Part shown: positions 59,918 through 64,000 of the stretch, in pieces
Layout: each line of letters starts with the position of its first letter
Numbering within the stretch: position 1 is the first letter of the stretch
Origin: an uncultured Arcobacteraceae bacterium
Lineage (GTDB): Bacteria > Campylobacterota > Campylobacteria > Campylobacterales > Arcobacteraceae
Direction: 5' to 3'
DNA: 64,000 nucleotides
NCBI GenBank assembly: GCA_964022095.1
Contig: CAXHZO010000012.1
Location: 14,424 to 78,423, forward strand
Notes under the pieces: model-generated
Database searches by the model: none
What the model was told of the DNA's origin: nothing
What the model saw: only the letters and a program-made list of their open reading frames with translations
Position numbers and translations under genes: made by a program

Positions 59918-62236
59918 ATGATTAAAAAACTAATTATATTATCTATTTTTTTTATAAATATTTTACATTCAAGTGATTCTAAAACTAATATTAAGTTACA
60001 ACTTCAGTGGAAAAACCAGTATGAGTTTGCTGGTTTTTATATGGCTAAAGAAAAAGGCTATTATGATGATATTGGAGTAAATGTAGAGTTTATTGAATTT
60101 GAAAGTGGTATAGATATTGTTGACGAAGTATTATCTGGGAATAAGGATTTTGGTATTTGGAATTCATCATTAATCTCAGAATGGTTAAATGGAAAAGAAA
60201 TTACGCTACTATCTAATTATTTTAAAACTTCTCCCCTCGCTTTAATTACTAGACCAGAGATAAAAGTACCTAGTGATTTAATTGGCAAAAATATTATGAT
60301 TCACAAAGCAGATTTAAATAGTGCAAATTATCAGCAGATGTTTAATATGTTTGATATAAATAGTAAAAATACAAATTTTTATGAACCAAATTTTTCAATA
60401 AAAGATTTTGGTAGATATGATGCAATATCTATTTTTATGACAAATGAGCCTTTTGAGTTTTTAAAAAACTCTATATCATATAATATTATATATCCAAATA
60501 ATTATGGAATAGATTTAAATGATGTAAATTTATTTACTTCAAAAAAGTTTTCAAAAGAGAATCCAAAACTAACAGAAAATTTTACTAAAGCTTCAACTAA
60601 AGGTTGGAAATACGCTGTTGAAAATATTGAAGAAACGGTAAATATTATATATGAAAAATACAATACACAAAATAAATCTAAAGAGGCTTTATTATATGAG
60701 GCATATCAAAGCCAAAAGTTTATACAGTCAAAATATTATGAGTTAGGTAAAATCTATAAAGATAAACTTGAAAAGATTGCAAAACTATATATTGAGCTTG
60801 GATTAGCACAAAATTCTAAAGATATAAACGAATTTATTTATTCTAGTAATGCTGCAATTAAAATAAATGAATTAACTAATAGTGAAAAAGAGTATTTAAA
60901 AAATAAAAAAATTATAAAAATGTGTGTAGATCCCAATTGGATGCCTTTTGAATCTATTGTAGATAATGAATATAAAGGAATTTCTCAAGAGATTTTTAAT
61001 CTTATCGAAAAAAAAACTGAGTTAAATATTCAATTATATCCTACAACATCATGGCATGAAAGTTTAGAGAAAATAAAAAATAGAGATTGTGATATTTTGT
61101 CCCTAGCTATGAAGACTAAAAAAAGAGAAGAGTATTTAGATTTTACAAATCCTTATTTAAAGTATCCCTATGTTATCGCAACTCAAAAAGATAAATTATA
61201 CATTGATAAAATTGAATCTATAATTGATGAAGAGATTGCATTAGTAAAAAGTTATGCAATTAATGAAGTTCTAAAAAATATGTTTCCTAATAAAAAATTT
61301 ATAAATGTAAAAAATGTAAAAGAGGGCTTAGATTTAGTAAAAGATGGTAAAGCTTATGCCTTTATTGGTACTGTTATTTCAATAGCTTATACTATGCAAG
61401 AAAATAATTATATTAATCTAAAAATATCTGGAAAGTCAGACTTATTATTAAAACTATCTATTGCAACTAGAAATGATGAACCACATTTAAATTCTATAAT
61501 GGAAAAAGCGCTAAGTTTAATCTCTGAAAAAGAAAAACAAGAAGCTTATAAACACTGGTTTCAAGTTAAATTTGATCAAACAATTGATTATACAATGATT
61601 TGGAAAGTAGCAATTGTCTTAATTATAATTATTGCTATTTCTATATATTTTAATAATAAATTATTTAATGAAAAAAGAAAAACACAAAGAATTCTAAATA
61701 ACTTAAAGGTTTTACAAAAAGAGTTAGAACAAAAAAATAAAGAGTTAGAAAGAACCTCTATTACAGATAAACTTACAAATACATACAATAGGTATAAAAT
61801 TGATGAAGTTTTAAACTATGAATTAAAAAGAACTTTAAGAAATAAAGATACTTTTGGACTAATTTTATTAGATGTGGATTTTTTTAAATCAGTAAATGAT
61901 AAATTTGGACATAATATTGGAGATAAGGTACTAGTTTCAATTACAAAAACTGTAAAAGATAATATAAGACAATCTGATGTATTTGGACGGTGGGGTGGTG
62001 AAGAATTTTTAATTATTGTTCCAAATACGAATAAAGAAGACCTAATCTTTTTAGCACAGAAAATTAGAAGAATTATTGAAGTAACCCCTATAAGTATAGT
62101 AGGTCATAAGACTTGTAGTTTTGGTTTAACTGTATCAAAAGAAAATGATACTAGTAATAAAATAGTTGAAAGAGCTGACAATGCACTTTACTTTGCAAAA
62201 CATAATGGTAGAAATAGAGTTGAGTTTATTGATTAA
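59918..62236 (+). CDS. Diguanylate cyclase with NMT1/THI5-like and solute-binding periplasmic domains
   Basis: LQWKNQYEFAGFY, MCVDPNWMPFE, TM helix, DVDFFKSVND.FGH.IGD, RWGGEEF. Confidence 0.9.
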   Translation: MIKKLIILSIFFINILHSSDSKTNIKLQLQWKNQYEFAGFYMAKEKGYYDDIGVNVEFIEFESGIDIVDEVLSGNKDFGIWNSSLISEWLNGKEITLLSNYFKTSPLALITRPEIKVPSDLIGKNIMIHKADLNSANYQQMFNMFDINSKNTNFYEPNFSIKDFGRYDAISIFMTNEPFEFLKNSISYNIIYPNNYGIDLNDVNLFTSKKFSKENPKLTENFTKASTKGWKYAVENIEETVNIIYEKYNTQNKSKEALLYEAYQSQKFIQSKYYELGKIYKDKLEKIAKLYIELGLAQNSKDINEFIYSSNAAIKINELTNSEKEYLKNKKIIKMCVDPNWMPFESIVDNEYKGISQEIFNLIEKKTELNIQLYPTTSWHESLEKIKNRDCDILSLAMKTKKREEYLDFTNPYLKYPYVIATQKDKLYIDKIESIIDEEIALVKSYAINEVLKNMFPNKKFINVKNVKEGLDLVKDGKAYAFIGTVISIAYTMQENNYINLKISGKSDLLLKLSIATRNDEPHLNSIMEKALSLISEKEKQEAYKHWFQVKFDQTIDYTMIWKVAIVLIIIIAISIYFNNKLFNEKRKTQRILNNLKVLQKELEQKNKELERTSITDKLTNTYNRYKIDEVLNYELKRTLRNKDTFGLILLDVDFFKSVNDKFGHNIGDKVLVSITKTVKDNIRQSDVFGRWGGEEFLIIVPNTNKEDLIFLAQKIRRIIEVTPISIVGHKTCSFGLTVSKENDTSNKIVERADNALYFAKHNGRNRVEFID

Positions 62237-62960
62237 AAAACTCACTCATATAAGTTCTATACATAAGGGGAACTTGGTTTTGTTGTAGTTTTAAATTTTC
62301 TCGCTCTTTTATTGAAACTGCACTAAAGAAGCTTTTCCATAGTTTTTGGAATTTTTCTTCCTTTTGGCTAAAAGTGGGAGAATTAAATGCTGCTACTTCT
62401 TGAACTCCCATATAATCATCATTTTTGATAAATGCTAAGCCTCTAGACACATCATGTATAATAAATTTTTGGTTGTTAAATCTTTTTAGAAAGTGTTTTG
62501 CTAAAAAATACAAGACATTAAACTTACTATCAATTTTAGCATATAATGTTCCATCCTCTAGTTCTTCAAATCTTGCATAAGCATACATTTTGTGAACGAG
62601 TCTAAAAAGCTCTTGCTCTAACTTATTTAGACTAAATACTACTTCGTTATTTATATTAAAAAGTTCATTTTTATTTTTAAACCCTATTATTATGAAACCA
62701 AGTAAATCAAGCTCAAATTCTCTTGTATCGCATAAAAAAATATTTAAAATTTTTTCAAGTGCCTTTTTGGGAAACTTTTGTTTTATAGCTTCTAGAACTT
62801 TTTCACTGTTTTCTTTTGAACTTTGTATATCTATAATCTCTTCTAAAATTAATTTTTGAGGAAGAGTTTTATATATTTCATTTGGTTTTAATTTCTTATA
62901 ATATACTTCGTATACAAGGCTTAGGAAACCTTCAAAACTACCATCATAAAGTAAAATCAT
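62226..62960 (-). CDS. TIGR03915/DUF4130 putative DNA repair protein
   Basis: YDGSFEGFL, HKMYAYARF, HFLKRF, LWKSFF...ERENLKLQ. Confidence 0.85.
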   Translation of the reverse strand: MILLYDGSFEGFLSLVYEVYYKKLKPNEIYKTLPQKLILEEIIDIQSSKENSEKVLEAIKQKFPKKALEKILNIFLCDTREFELDLLGFIIIGFKNKNELFNINNEVVFSLNKLEQELFRLVHKMYAYARFEELEDGTLYAKIDSKFNVLYFLAKHFLKRFNNQKFIIHDVSRGLAFIKNDDYMGVQEVAAFNSPTFSQKEEKFQKLWKSFFSAVSIKERENLKLQQNQVPLMYRTYMSEFFNQ

Positions 62961-64000
62961 AACTCACCAGTAATATTACTATATTGAATATCAAACAAGC
63001 TTGGTTGATGTATTTTTTTCGGTTCTGGTTTGATTAGTGCTTCTTTAATGTTTTCTTTATAAAATGGTACTTGCTTTTGGAATTCTTTATTACAAGTTAT
63101 GAAGTATTTTGCTCTTTTCATAGATATCTTTAATTTTTTTAAATCATCAAATGTAAGTCTTTTAAATCTTCTAGCTTTGAGTATTTTCATAACACCTCTT
63201 GCACCAATACCAGGGATTCTAAGAAGTTCTTCTTTACTTGCAGTATTTACTTCCATAGGAAAGTATTTTAAGTTATTAAGAGCCCAAGAAGTTTTGGGAT
63301 CAATATCTTCATCAAGATTTGGAAATTCATCACTTACTATTTCATCCCAAGTAAAATCATAAAATCTAAGTAACCAATCAGCTTGATAGAGTCTATGTTC
63401 CCTTAAAAGCGGAGGTTTAGTAATAGTTGATGGAAGAAGTTTATTTGAATCATTTACTGGAATATATGCACTATAATATACTCTTTTTAAAAGTCCCTTA
63501 TCATATAAAACAGAGCTAAGTTTTAATATATCTTTATCACTTTCAGGAGTTGCCCCAACTATTAGTTGCGTACTCATACCTATTGGTTTTTTCTCTTTTT
63601 GTAAGCTTATATCTCTTGCATGTTTTAGTGGTTGTAGTACACTTTGTTTAGTTTTATTTGGTGCTAGAAGTTTTAAACTTTTATCGCTTGGAAGTTCTAT
63701 GTTTGAGCTAACTCTATTTGCTAGTTTTACTATATCTTCAACTAATTCCATACTCCCACCAGGTATAAGTTTTACATGAATATAACCATTGAACTTATAC
63801 TCATTTCTCAGAATTTTTAGTGTTCTTAAAATCAAAGTCATAGTATGGTCTTCATTTGAGATAATTCCAGAACTTAAAAATAAACCTTCAATATAATTTC
63901 TCTTATAAAAGTTTATAGTAATATCAGCAAGTTCTCTAGGAGAAAAAGCAGCTCTTGGAATATCATTTGAAACTCTATTTATACAATAAGCACAATCATA
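62957..64000 (-). CDS. TIGR03916-type putative DNA modification/repair radical SAM protein (5' end outside window)
   Basis: Frame open to the window edge: YDCAYCINRVSND...NYIEGLFLSSG; LREHRLYQADWLLRFY; HhH LLRIPGIG. Confidence 0.88.
   Translation of the reverse strand, partial: YDCAYCINRVSNDIPRAAFSPRELADITINFYKRNYIEGLFLSSGIISNEDHTMTLILRTLKILRNEYKFNGYIHVKLIPGGSMELVEDIVKLANRVSSNIELPSDKSLKLLAPNKTKQSVLQPLKHARDISLQKEKKPIGMSTQLIVGATPESDKDILKLSSVLYDKGLLKRVYYSAYIPVNDSNKLLPSTITKPPLLREHRLYQADWLLRFYDFTWDEIVSDEFPNLDEDIDPKTSWALNNLKYFPMEVNTASKEELLRIPGIGARGVMKILKARRFKRLTFDDLKKLKISMKRAKYFITCNKEFQKQVPFYKENIKEALIKPEPKKIHQPSLFDIQYSNITGEL

Noticed and set aside
1-64000. CRISPR arrays, tRNA, rRNA, prophage
   Set aside because: No repeat-spacer periodicity, structured RNA genes or phage structural genes recognised by eye.

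Overview
AT-rich bacterial chromosome segment; protein sequences and the aroB-mscS-mtaB-ftsH-like-bioV-mog-mutS2 gene order point to Campylobacterota, probably Arcobacteraceae (inference). Housekeeping blocks alternate with accessory patches: (1) an OLD nuclease plus UvrD helicase pair (Gabija-type defence) directly after sbcC, followed by decayed DUF2779 and ORF6N genes; (2) after dapE, a HEPN/MNT toxin-antitoxin pair and a 1364-aa NACHT/STAND NTPase with a C-terminal PD-(D/E)xK nuclease-like domain; (3) a 3544-bp non-autonomous IS256-derived element (37368-40911) with imperfect terminal inverted repeats and an exact 8-bp target duplication (TGAGGTTT), carrying three uncharacterised genes and inserted where two convergent stop codons overlapped; (4) a six-gene FIST/histidine kinase/response regulator cluster whose three promoters share the motif AAAATGATACT-N6-ATACT-N9-TATAAT. 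No rRNA, tRNA or CRISPR array was seen. Family names come from motif recognition, not database searches.
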